From assembly GCA_964355115.1 (NCBI GenBank), contig CAYHCQ010000004.1, forward strand, positions 1 through 57,594: 57,594 nt of DNA. The letters are read 5' to 3'. This DNA comes from an uncultured Prolixibacteraceae bacterium. GTDB lineage: Bacteria > Bacteroidota > Bacteroidia > Bacteroidales > FEN-979. Shown in pieces: positions 36,591 through 45,875 of this stretch (position 1 is the first letter of the stretch; each line of letters opens with the position of its first letter). The translations under genes and the position numbers were made by a program. A model generated the notes under the pieces. It saw only the letters and a list, made by a program, of their open reading frames with translations. It did no database searches and was not told the origin of the DNA.

Positions 36591-39500
36591 ACAGCGGCAA
36601 TGTTTATTCGGGGAACAAGGCTCACACCATGCGGCCGGGTGATCACAAAAAGGTTATTTGAGGTATGCCTTTTATTGTCGATCACCATCATCTCCATTCC
36701 GTATTCACCGGCAATTGCACGTATGGCTTCTGCCGAAGTGAACCAGAGTCGCTTATCAACATTCATGGTTTTATTGAAGCCGATGCGGGTCGACATGAAT
36801 TCGGTGAAACGCGATCTTTCATGTCGTTTTTCAAGTTCTGCATTGGCCTCCCTGACCAGGATCACCCCACCATCATTGAGGTTCTCCATACAGCGACGAA
36901 GCAGGTGCTCCTGCTTAGCCGGGGCTAGATAATGCAGGACATCACTGAGAAGAAAACCATCCTGTCTTGTGATATCATATTCGGCAGCATCGGCGCAGGT
37001 GAAGGTAACCCTGCCAGACCTGTCGTAACAGTTTTCGGCCACCCTGATCTTCTCAGCGTCAAAGTCAACACCGGTAATTACCCGGTCGGGGGAGGTAAAG
37101 GAGAGCATATAGGAGATATATCCGTAACCACAACCGAGATCAAGAATTTCGCCACTTTTGGGCAACAGGTCACAGTAAATCTTGTAATTATCTTCAAGTC
37201 TGAGTTTCGTTTTCAGATACCATTCGATGATCGGACCTTTATAGAGGTAGTTCAGCACAAGTCTGCGGCGGTAATAATCCGGCGAGCCCTTCTCTGATCT
37301 GTACCTTGCGAATTCCCGGATATAGAGTCTCCGGAATTGCTTCGAGCGTTCGCTGTAGCCGTCACCAAAGGCAGGGTCATTCCATGCAACACGCGGCAGA
37401 ACGTGCATGAAGAGTCCGTTGGGTCGTCCCCAGAAAACACCTTTGGGAAGAAAATCTCCAGAACCAAAAACAACGATGGGAATGATGTCGATTTTCAGTT
37501 TTTCGGCAAGGTAAAAAGCACCACGGTGAAAACGCTGGATTGAGTGGTCAGCAGATCGATGTCCTTCGGGAAATATGAGGATGGAGAACCCTTCGTTGAC
37601 CTTGCATTGCAGTTCGCTGATGATATTGTCAATTCCATTCTCCACATTGGAAAAGTTGGCCAGGTGGGCGATGGGACCAAAAATGGGGGACTTGTGAACC
37701 CAGGTCGTTGTAAGGATAATGATTTTCGGATGGAGCCTCAGGTATGCCGGGGTTTCTATAAGTGACTGATGGTTGCTTATAATGATACCCGGTTTCGAAA
37801 AGTCCTCCCCCTGAGGATTGTCGAACCTCCTGTCACTGGCAAATGTAAAAGCAATGTATGCCTTCGAAAGTTTGGAGAATATCCAGTGAAACCAAATCTC
37901 TTTCCGCTTTTTGGGCACAGGTAAAAATAGATGCATGATCCATCCAATGATCATCAGAAGGATGGCAATCGCCACGATGTTCCCCCAGGTGACGAACGTT
38001 TTGAAGAGGATCCATGCCGTAATCGGGAATTTTCCTTTTTGTGTACGGTGAGCAATAAGTGCGTTGAACAGGAATGGAATAATTACAAAGGTCAGGATTA
38101 CGACTGAAACGATGCCAACCAAAGCGATGAGAGCAATGGAATGCAGGGCAGGATGGCGGGCCATGAAGAGCGCCCCGACGCCAAGGAGGGTGGTGGCTGA
38201 TGAGAGGATTATTGCAACCTTATAGCCGTTGGCATCGTGGCGTCCATATTTGAAATCATGCTGGAGCCCGCGCATCATCAGGATACTGTAATCGACACCA
38301 AGTCCGAAAATGAAGCTGGAGATGATTATGTTAAAGATGTTGAACCGTGTGCCCGTCAGTCCCATGAAACCGAGGGTAATCATCCAGCTCAGGAACATTG
38401 GCAGGGCCGTGATGATCCCAAGTTCGATCCGTCCGAAGGAGATGATCAGGAGGAGGGAAACAAAGATCATGGAGAGCATGACAAGCCTGTCGAAATCTTG
38501 TTTAACCGATGCAACAAACCTTTCGGTGAGAAGCTGTTTATCGAACATCACAACTTCAGGTCCGGCCCTGAACCCGGCGTATAGCAGCGATTTGCTTTCC
38601 TCCCTTACTTTAAGGATTGATGAAACCATCGATACACCCGGCTTTACTGTTAGCCAGTCGGCCAGAAGCGGGTTGGAAAGGATTCCCGGGTCGAGTGGTG
38701 AAAGGGGGGTGAATTTGTCATTCAACAAGCCAAGGAATCCATCAAATGCATTGTCACTGAAATGTAAGGCTGATGCATTCTCCCGGATGAGTTTTTCAAC
38801 AACCCGCTTTTTTTCGGGTGTCCAGTAAGAGTTCCATCGGGCAATCCTGAGTTGCTGCAGCGAGTCTGACAACAGGAAAGGTCCGGCATTTGAGACCTTT
38901 TCGATCAGGCCGGCATGGGTCATTTTATCAATCCAGCCATTCAGCCGTTCATGGTTCTGAAGCGCCTCCTCATGATTTTTACCGGTTGATACAAGATATA
39001 CGTTTTTAAGCCTGACATTGGTTATCCGGTCGAGGCTGGTTTCCGCCTTCAACAATTCAGGGGTGACAAAACTCAGGGCCGACATGCTTTTTTCAAAGTC
39101 TGCCCTTCCGGCAAAGAAGGCGCTGATCAGGAGGATTACGATCAGTACCGAAGCAATATAGATGTTTTTCTCAAAGCGAATTGCGGCGAACCGGTCGACC
39201 CAGGTCGTTCTTTCGCTTCGCATCCGTTTATCTGACTTTTCTGATAATAGCTGCGGAAGGATGACCAACGCAAAGATGGCCGCGCCGACCACACTCAGGG
39301 CGGCAAACCATCCCAGGTCGTGAAGTACCGATGAATCAAGAAAGGTCAGGCAGAGAAAAGCTCCAGCTGATGTCAGACTGCAGATGACTATGGTTTGTGA
39401 CATTTCACGAAGTACGGCCACGATGTTGCCTTTACTCCTGAACTGGTTTATAATGTATAGTGCGTAATCGACAATCAGTCCGAGAATTACCGATCCTATG

Positions 39501-40486
39501 CCAAGCGAAATGGCAGATACACTGCCTTTGGTGATGAACAGGATGGCCAGGGCCAGTCCGCCTCCAAAGAGTGCCGGCAGCAGACCGAACAAAGGGACAC
39601 GGACGCTGCGGAAATAGAATCCCAGGAGCAGAAATATCAGGAAAAAGGCAATTCCAAGGGTAAGCGCAATGTCCGTTTTCAGTTGCGTCGCGTTGCATAC
39701 TGCCACTGCGACAGATCCGAAATATTCAGCATTTATCCTGCCATATCCCGATTCAGAAAGTTGGCTGATCGACCGATCAAGTCCTTCAATGAGTTTCGAA
39801 TTCAGGGAGGTTTCGTTCACCGGGTTTGATGGAGAGATAAATATCAGCAGGTGCTTCAGGTCCCGGGTGAAGACACATCCGTTATATATGGTGAAATTGT
39901 CACCAGCCTGAAGAGATGTGAGTTTTTTGTAAGCAATGCCGGCTATGCCCAACGGATCCTGCAATATCCTGTTTCTGAGAACAAGACTACCCGGCGAAAG
40001 CAGCATCCGGTAGTTTCGTTGCATTGATTGCTTCACTGTTTGAGCAGTGGTAAGGCTGTCGATGACCCTGTAATCGTCATCTTTGAGAAAAGCAGGCAGG
40101 TGGCCTGTAATCATCTTCACCATCGTATTCATTGTAGTATCTGAAGCCTGGAAGGCGATGGCCCGAATATAATTCGAATCAAACTGCCTGGTCAGGGAGT
40201 CAACCAGTCTATTTCCGAATTCCAACAGCGAGTCTGGCTCGGCTTTTTCAGAAGAATCTGTCTGTGAAATGGTAACGATAAGTTTATCTGTCATCTTCAG
40301 GTTGCGGACAACGAATCCTGAGCGGTCGGAGGCCTCATCGTCCGGTAAACTCTTCAGAATATCCTCCTCAAACCGTATCCGGGAAGCAAAAAAAAGAATA
40401 AAAGCCACGGATGACATCAGAAACAGGTAAAATAAAAACCTGTGTTCAGAAAACAATTTATATAGTCTTATGAAGAAATTCGACAT
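36587..40486 (-). CDS. Tri-domain fusion: MMPL/RND-type exporter + PlsC-type acyltransferase + class I SAM methyltransferase
   Basis: 1299 aa, one uninterrupted ORF. Two 5-6 TM bundles form the MMPL part (about 38000-40486). The acyltransferase part has IIISNHQSLIET and IFPEGHRS (about 37300-37900). The methyltransferase motif I is ILDLGCGYGYISYML (about 36587-37250). Confidence 0.8.
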   Translation of the reverse strand: MSNFFIRLYKLFSEHRFLFYLFLMSSVAFILFFASRIRFEEDILKSLPDDEASDRSGFVVRNLKMTDKLIVTISQTDSSEKAEPDSLLEFGNRLVDSLTRQFDSNYIRAIAFQASDTTMNTMVKMITGHLPAFLKDDDYRVIDSLTTAQTVKQSMQRNYRMLLSPGSLVLRNRILQDPLGIAGIAYKKLTSLQAGDNFTIYNGCVFTRDLKHLLIFISPSNPVNETSLNSKLIEGLDRSISQLSESGYGRINAEYFGSVAVAVCNATQLKTDIALTLGIAFFLIFLLLGFYFRSVRVPLFGLLPALFGGGLALAILFITKGSVSAISLGIGSVILGLIVDYALYIINQFRSKGNIVAVLREMSQTIVICSLTSAGAFLCLTFLDSSVLHDLGWFAALSVVGAAIFALVILPQLLSEKSDKRMRSERTTWVDRFAAIRFEKNIYIASVLIVILLISAFFAGRADFEKSMSALSFVTPELLKAETSLDRITNVRLKNVYLVSTGKNHEEALQNHERLNGWIDKMTHAGLIEKVSNAGPFLLSDSLQQLRIARWNSYWTPEKKRVVEKLIRENASALHFSDNAFDGFLGLLNDKFTPLSPLDPGILSNPLLADWLTVKPGVSMVSSILKVREESKSLLYAGFRAGPEVVMFDKQLLTERFVASVKQDFDRLVMLSMIFVSLLLIISFGRIELGIITALPMFLSWMITLGFMGLTGTRFNIFNIIISSFIFGLGVDYSILMMRGLQHDFKYGRHDANGYKVAIILSSATTLLGVGALFMARHPALHSIALIALVGIVSVVILTFVIIPFLFNALIAHRTQKGKFPITAWILFKTFVTWGNIVAIAILLMIIGWIMHLFLPVPKKRKEIWFHWIFSKLSKAYIAFTFASDRRFDNPQGEDFSKPGIIISNHQSLIETPAYLRLHPKIIILTTTWVHKSPIFGPIAHLANFSNVENGIDNIISELQCKVNEGFSILIFPEGHRSADHSIQRFHRGAFYLAEKLKIDIIPIVVFGSGDFLPKGVFWGRPNGLFMHVLPRVAWNDPAFGDGYSERSKQFRRLYIREFARYRSEKGSPDYYRRRLVLNYLYKGPIIEWYLKTKLRLEDNYKIYCDLLPKSGEILDLGCGYGYISYMLSFTSPDRVITGVDFDAEKIRVAENCYDRSGRVTFTCADAAEYDITRQDGFLLSDVLHYLAPAKQEHLLRRCMENLNDGGVILVREANAELEKRHERSRFTEFMSTRIGFNKTMNVDKRLWFTSAEAIRAIAGEYGMEMMVIDNKRHTSNNLFVITRPHGVSLVPRINIAAV

Positions 40487-40506
40487 AAATGGTTACAGAT
40501 TCATGC

Positions 40507-41727
40507 TTAACCCGTGCTTTCTGAAATTTCAATATTTGCTCCGGGTTTTGTTTTCCTGAAGATTGAGAGCAGAACATAGGTAATCAGTCCTGATACACCG
40601 CCCATTACCAGTCCGAAGACAATGCTTCCAATCACATACTGCAGCAGATTGCTTTTGAACCACTCGAAATCGATCTCTGATGTGAATGGTGCTGATGCAG
40701 AGTTAGTACCGAGTATTAGTCCTCCGGTATAATAACTGGCAAACAGAATAATTGGCAGCATCGGAGGCAAACTGATATTGGAGAAGGCAACAGTAATGAA
40801 CCTGTTCAGCCTGAAGAGGTAAGCAACTCCGAAAGCAGCCATCAGTTGCCAGCCCCAGATGGGAACGACTCCTAAAAACAATCCGGTACCAACTGATAGG
40901 GCAAGCCGCGCATTGCTGTCGGTGCTGTCGAGGACATATTTTTTAATTACCTCCCTGACCGATTTTTTCCGTAGGTTTTTAAAGAACAGGAAGGGTCGCA
41001 CCCAAAGCAGGGCCATGAAGACAAGGATACTGTTCATCACGCTGACTCTTGAGAAATCGCGGAATTTCCTGAAATGCGAAATCCGGATATCCTTTGGAGC
41101 ATAATATACCTTGACCGGAACCGAAAGAATTTTCACCCCGGCCCATGCAAGTCTGACCAATACTTCAACTTCAAACTCATACTTTTTGGTATACAGCCTT
41201 CCAAGGTCCCGCACATAATTTAGCGGGTAGAGCCGATAGCCGGTCTGAACATCAGGAACGGTCTGCCCGGTTTCAACTTTAAACCAGAAGATCGAGAACC
41301 TATGGCCGAAACTGCTTGTGCCGGGAACTGCCTCCTGTTCCATATTCCGAGCCCCGATAATCATGGAATCGGGGTTGGCTTCAACCCGTTCAAGGAATGC
41401 AGGAATATCGGACGGAAAATGCTGGCCGTCGCTGTCGAGTGTCACAGCGTAACGGAATCCCTTTTCGATGGCATACCTGAATCCCTGCCTCAGTGCCCAT
41501 CCCTTGCCGGTATTCTCCGGCACATCGATGCGATGAACCTGAGGCCAATCCAGAAGTATAGAAGAGGTATGGTCTGTTGACCCGTCGTTAACCACTATCA
41601 CATCGCGGCAATACACCAGGGTATCCCGAATTACATCACCAAGCGTGTTGTCATTGTTGTAAGTAGCAATGATAACACAACATCTGAGGTCAGCCATTTT
41701 ATCCGGGAAGGTGAAATTTTCGGGCAT
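40507..41727 (-). CDS. Family 2 glycosyltransferase fused to DUF2062-like membrane domain
   Basis: 406 aa. Motifs CCVIIATYNN, VIVVNDGSTD, TLDSDGQH, then 4 or more TM helices. An alternative start is the ATG at 41697. Confidence 0.8.
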   Translation of the reverse strand: MPENFTFPDKMADLRCCVIIATYNNDNTLGDVIRDTLVYCRDVIVVNDGSTDHTSSILLDWPQVHRIDVPENTGKGWALRQGFRYAIEKGFRYAVTLDSDGQHFPSDIPAFLERVEANPDSMIIGARNMEQEAVPGTSSFGHRFSIFWFKVETGQTVPDVQTGYRLYPLNYVRDLGRLYTKKYEFEVEVLVRLAWAGVKILSVPVKVYYAPKDIRISHFRKFRDFSRVSVMNSILVFMALLWVRPFLFFKNLRKKSVREVIKKYVLDSTDSNARLALSVGTGLFLGVVPIWGWQLMAAFGVAYLFRLNRFITVAFSNISLPPMLPIILFASYYTGGLILGTNSASAPFTSEIDFEWFKSNLLQYVIGSIVFGLVMGGVSGLITYVLLSIFRKTKPGANIEISESTG

Positions 41728-41764
41728 GATTGTGTGTGCATTTAACCGGGCCAGGATGCGCGAA

Positions 41765-41772
41765 CAAAAGTA
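41765..41772 (-). promoter_or_regulatory. Candidate -7 promoter box (TACTTTTG) for the leftward operon
   Basis: TAnnTTTG match on the minus strand, 38 nt upstream of the ATG at 41727. Confidence 0.35.
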
Positions 41773-41795
41773 GTAAAATTAGTAGCGGATTTAAG

Positions 41796-41803
41796 TAAAT
41801 TTG
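41796..41803 (+). promoter_or_regulatory. Candidate -7 promoter box (TAAATTTG) for the rightward rSAM pair
   Basis: TAnnTTTG match on the plus strand ending 4 nt before the ATG at 41808. This would give a nearly leaderless mRNA. Confidence 0.3.
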
Positions 41804-41807
41804 TACC

Positions 41808-43148
41808 ATGAAGATACTTCTGATAAATCCTCCCCGGTCGCCGGAAAACAACATACTTAAATTTGCCCCAGAAGATGCCAAACCCTTTATCCATAAGAAA
41901 CTTATCGGTCCGCCACTCGGTTTGCTTACTATTGCTGCCGCGGTAAAGGATCATGAAGTGGTGGTTTTCGACACCAAGGGGGAGTACGACCTCGAGCCAG
42001 CTACACCGCCATTGGCAGAGCTTGTGAGGCTGTTGTTATCCAGACACCAACCCGATGTGGTAGGCGTTACCACGATAACCTCGGAGTTTGACTTTTCGGT
42101 TGAGATCCTCCAGGTAGTTAAACAGACTGACCCGGGTATACTTACCGTTGCGGGCGGACTTCACGCAACCCTTTGTCCGAAGGATTTTACCGATATTTCG
42201 ATCGACATAGTGATCCCCGGACAGTGCCCTCATATTTTCCGCGATGTTATAAATGCCCGGGAGAGAGGGTTGCCCTACAATGCGATTCCCGGGCTTTACC
42301 TGAATGGACCCGGCGGGTTGAAAAAGACAACCGGCGCACCCCGTCACTGGGATTTCACCGATGCCGATTACCTTATGCCCGACCGCAGCCACCTCGCCCG
42401 CTGGATCGACACTTACAAAGTTGGCAACAGTCCTTACCCCAGTACTTATATATATACTTCACTGGGTTGTCCTTACAAATGTACTTTTTGTTCGATCTGG
42501 AGTCAGTTTAAAGGGAAATATTACCAGCGCACAATCGAAAGCCTGATCACGGAACTTAAATCCGTTGATGAATACCCAGTGGTACGCTTCGCCGATGCCA
42601 ACACAGTAGTTGATGAGCAGTTCATGCTCGGACTTTTCCGCCGGATTGAAGAGGAGGGTATCCGCAAGACCTTCATTATGGACATCCGGGCTGATATTGC
42701 TGCAAGCCGGCCGGATATTATTGAAAGACTGGCCAGAGGCGGGTTGAAGGTAGTCATCTGTGGTTTTGAATCCTTCAGGGATGAAGAGCTGAAGCGGTAC
42801 AATAAGGAATCCCCCGCTGCCGATAACCAGACGGCAGTTCAGGTATTTGAGGCGAACGGGATCATGGTGCGTGGCAATTATGTGATCCCGAACGACTATA
42901 CGGATGCAGATTTCAGGGCATTGGCCGAATATTCCGACAGAAACCGGGTGGTATATGCCGGTTATACTGTTTTAACCCCTATGCCGGGAACTGTGTTTCA
43001 TAAGCAGGTAAGAGCTGATATAGTGGACTTTAACTACAGGAAATACAATTTCTTTAACTCTGTAATGAAAACCACGCTTCCTCACGATGAGTTTCATACA
43101 AGGGTAGGGGAGCTCTGGCTGATAAAGAAGGGGAAGGACGTTATTTAA
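41808..43148 (+). CDS. Cobalamin-binding-domain radical SAM protein
   Basis: 446 aa. Motifs: MKILLINPP..., PDVVGVTTITSEF, and 4Fe-4S motif LGCPYKCTFC. Confidence 0.85.
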   Translation: MKILLINPPRSPENNILKFAPEDAKPFIHKKLIGPPLGLLTIAAAVKDHEVVVFDTKGEYDLEPATPPLAELVRLLLSRHQPDVVGVTTITSEFDFSVEILQVVKQTDPGILTVAGGLHATLCPKDFTDISIDIVIPGQCPHIFRDVINARERGLPYNAIPGLYLNGPGGLKKTTGAPRHWDFTDADYLMPDRSHLARWIDTYKVGNSPYPSTYIYTSLGCPYKCTFCSIWSQFKGKYYQRTIESLITELKSVDEYPVVRFADANTVVDEQFMLGLFRRIEEEGIRKTFIMDIRADIAASRPDIIERLARGGLKVVICGFESFRDEELKRYNKESPAADNQTAVQVFEANGIMVRGNYVIPNDYTDADFRALAEYSDRNRVVYAGYTVLTPMPGTVFHKQVRADIVDFNYRKYNFFNSVMKTTLPHDEFHTRVGELWLIKKGKDVI

Positions 43149-43183
43149 TTGATAAATGATAATTGACAATTGACAATGGATAA
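43149..43183. repeat. Tandem heptad repeat (5 units, TTGAYAA type) filling the rSAM-rSAM junction
   Basis: Reads TTGATAA ATGATAA TTGACAA TTGACAA TGGATAA. It starts immediately after the TAA stop (43146-43148) and contains the next ATG (43176). Confidence 0.85.
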
Positions 43184-44618
43184 TAGCCGGTTGAGGAGGG
43201 TGCTTCTGGTGAATACCAATGTGGAGAGGGTGCCGTATCCTGTTCCACCGCTGGGGCTTTGTATGTTGGCTGAAAGCCTGAAGGGGCTGTATGATGTAAG
43301 AATTTACGACGGTGTTTTCGATGAAGGGTGCAACCTGTTATCAGCCGTTGAATCGTTTAATCCGGACTTTATCGGCTTCAGCATCCGCAACATCGATGAT
43401 GTGGTTGCTGACCGTGAAATTTATTATATCGACGGAATCCTAAAACAGTTCATCCGGCCGGTAAAAAGCATCGCCCGGGTGCCTGTTATCCTTGGCGGAA
43501 GCGGTTTCAGCGTATTTCCCGAAGAGTTGATGGAACTAACGGGTGCCGATTACGGCATCGTTGGAGAGGGTGAATACGTTTTTCCATTACTGCTCGAATA
43601 TATCATTGCAGGTAAATCTGTTGCTGATCTCCCCAATGTGATTACCTCATCTGCCCTGGTTGTTCAGAAAGGCGAGCGTTCTTTGACCAGAACAATGGCC
43701 GGATCGGGTTTTTCGGAGATTGACAGAAAGATAGATTTCAATCCCTACCTGGCCAAAGGGGTATATTCCATTCAGACAAAGCGGGGTTGTTCGCATGGTT
43801 GTATCTACTGTACATATCCGGTTATTGAAGGACGGAAATTCCGCACTCGGCAGGCTTCGGAAATCGCTGATGAAATTGAGCAGGTTAATGGGCGGCTCGG
43901 TTACATTACCTTTGAATTTGTCGATTCCACTTTCAACGATCCGCGGGGGCATGCCGAGGCAATATGCAGGGAGATCATCAGCCGGAAATTGAAGGTACGG
44001 CTCCGCACCATGGGAATGAATCCACGTCATTGCAGCGAAGAGCTTTTCGACCTGATGATCAGGGCGGGATTTGTACAGATTGACGCAACACCCGATACCG
44101 CATCTCCGCGGATGTTAAGGAGCCTTGACAAGGGATTCCGGCTTGAAGAGATCCGGACGATGGCCACTTTGATCAGGAAGTTCAACCTTCCCACGATGTG
44201 GTTTTTTCTTTTCGGCGGACCGGGTGAAAATCCTTCCACCTTTAGAGAAACCGTTGATTTCATCCGTGCCTGTGTTAACCCGGAGGATCTTGTATACATG
44301 GCTAGCGGTTTACGGATTTATCCGCAAACGCCGTTATATCGTACAGCCTTGATTGAGGGCATGGTCAGTCCAGGCGAATCCATCCTCTATCCACCAGTAT
44401 ATTATTATTCGAAAGAGATGGGGAAAGAGGACCTGGATGCGTCAATTCAGGAGACCGCCCGTTTGTTGCACAACTGTATTCCGGCCCTTGAAACCTCACC
44501 ATCTCCTGAAATGATAAAGGAAGCCGCCGCCCTAAGGCAGGCAGAAAACCTGACGGAACCGATGTTCAGGACCCTGCTCAGAATCCGTAAAAGATGGCGG
44601 GATGCCGGGTTGGTTTAA
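43176..44618 (+). CDS. Cobalamin-binding-domain radical SAM protein
   Basis: Start set to the ATG at 43176 (MDNSRLRRVLLVNTN...); the track uses a TTG at 43170. Motifs: PDFIGFSIRNID, and 4Fe-4S motif RGCSHGCIYC. Confidence 0.85.
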   Translation: MDNSRLRRVLLVNTNVERVPYPVPPLGLCMLAESLKGLYDVRIYDGVFDEGCNLLSAVESFNPDFIGFSIRNIDDVVADREIYYIDGILKQFIRPVKSIARVPVILGGSGFSVFPEELMELTGADYGIVGEGEYVFPLLLEYIIAGKSVADLPNVITSSALVVQKGERSLTRTMAGSGFSEIDRKIDFNPYLAKGVYSIQTKRGCSHGCIYCTYPVIEGRKFRTRQASEIADEIEQVNGRLGYITFEFVDSTFNDPRGHAEAICREIISRKLKVRLRTMGMNPRHCSEELFDLMIRAGFVQIDATPDTASPRMLRSLDKGFRLEEIRTMATLIRKFNLPTMWFFLFGGPGENPSTFRETVDFIRACVNPEDLVYMASGLRIYPQTPLYRTALIEGMVSPGESILYPPVYYYSKEMGKEDLDASIQETARLLHNCIPALETSPSPEMIKEAAALRQAENLTEPMFRTLLRIRKRWRDAGLV

Positions 44619-45520
44619 ACAATTTTGGAATCGAGCGCCAGGAACCTGAATTTTCCTTCAACGAACCTGGCATTTTTTACCAGTCCTTTTGACGGGCCAC
44701 ATTCAATAAAGGTTTCAATCCCTTTTTCAAGCATGCAAGTCAGCGTTTTGAACCAATTGAGGGGGTGATACAGGTTATTTGTTAGTTCCTGCCTTATCTC
44801 ATGGGCATTACCAAGTTCCTGAGCATTGATAAGTGAAAGAAGAGGGCATGAAGGTGGGGAAAATGATATCCGGCTTACAGATTTTTCAAATTCAAGCGCT
44901 GCATCGCGCAGAAAAGCTGCATGGTAAGGGGTATTGACATTCAGTTGCCGGGTATGCAATGCGCCTTCCTCCCTGGCTGCTTCAAGTGCCCGCAAAACCT
45001 GGGTATAATCGCCGGAAATCACAAATGCAAACGGACTGTTTTGGTTGGTTATCTCGAGTTCATCGCCTGATTGTGCCACAATTCTGTCAATGTCTTGCCT
45101 GTTGAGCCCGATCAGCGTGCCCATGCTGTAACTTCTGCCGCGGGTCACATTTACTATGGCTTCATAGGCACTTCTTATGAGCCTGAGTCCGCTTGCAAAG
45201 TCAATCACGCCGGCATCGCAGAGGGCAGCATAAACCCCCATGCTGTAACCCGCTGTACAGACAGGTTTTATTCCAGACTCCCGCAGGGTTTGTGATGCTG
45301 CACAACTGTATATGTAGGTAATAAACTGGGTTAGGAGTTCACTATCAAGAAAATTACATTTCTCAAAACTGAAACCAGCCAATGCCGGTTCCGGCCCCGT
45401 TGAAGCGGTGAGAAGCAACTTGTTAAAATGCTCTGTAAACCCTGCTATCCGAGTGCCGGGATGATCGGTATAATCGTTGGCAAAAGCCGGGAAGATAAAT
45501 GCTAAACTGCTATCAGGCAA
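44615..45520 (-). CDS. ACP S-malonyltransferase-like acyltransferase (FabD family, divergent)
   Basis: 301 aa. LAFIFPAF (compare FabD FVFPGQG) and nucleophile elbow AGYSMGVYAAL (FabD has GHSLGEY). Apparent TTG start. It overlaps the convergent rSAM gene by 4 nt. Confidence 0.7.
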   Translation of the reverse strand: MPDSSLAFIFPAFANDYTDHPGTRIAGFTEHFNKLLLTASTGPEPALAGFSFEKCNFLDSELLTQFITYIYSCAASQTLRESGIKPVCTAGYSMGVYAALCDAGVIDFASGLRLIRSAYEAIVNVTRGRSYSMGTLIGLNRQDIDRIVAQSGDELEITNQNSPFAFVISGDYTQVLRALEAAREEGALHTRQLNVNTPYHAAFLRDAALEFEKSVSRISFSPPSCPLLSLINAQELGNAHEIRQELTNNLYHPLNWFKTLTCMLEKGIETFIECGPSKGLVKNARFVEGKFRFLALDSKIV

Positions 45521-45534
45521 GGGAGTAAAATGAT

Positions 45535-45843
45535 TTATTTTTCAAGTTCCAGCAGCCGGTTTTCGTGTTCAATGATCAGCAACTGCATATCAATCAGTTC
45601 TCCGATTGTGGCTACAGGATTTTTAACTGCATATTTGCCGATTACCTTCAGCTCAATATTCAGGTTGTATTTTTTCTTGAATATCTCAATCAGTTCCAGG
45701 AACATCAGCGAATCCCCGTCGAGGTCTTTGATGATGTTTGTATTATCGTTTATCTGTGATGTATCGACTTCACACTCCTCAGCAAAAAAACTGTATACCG
45801 TCTCCCTGACCTCGTTCTTTGTATTTTCGGTGATTTTGGCCAT
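45535..45843 (-). CDS. Acyl carrier protein
   Basis: 102 aa. Motif DLDGDSLMFLELIE. Confidence 0.85.
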   Translation of the reverse strand: MAKITENTKNEVRETVYSFFAEECEVDTSQINDNTNIIKDLDGDSLMFLELIEIFKKKYNLNIELKVIGKYAVKNPVATIGELIDMQLLIIEHENRLLELEK

Positions 45844-45875
45844 CTTGTATTGAATTTCTGCAAAAATAATATTTT

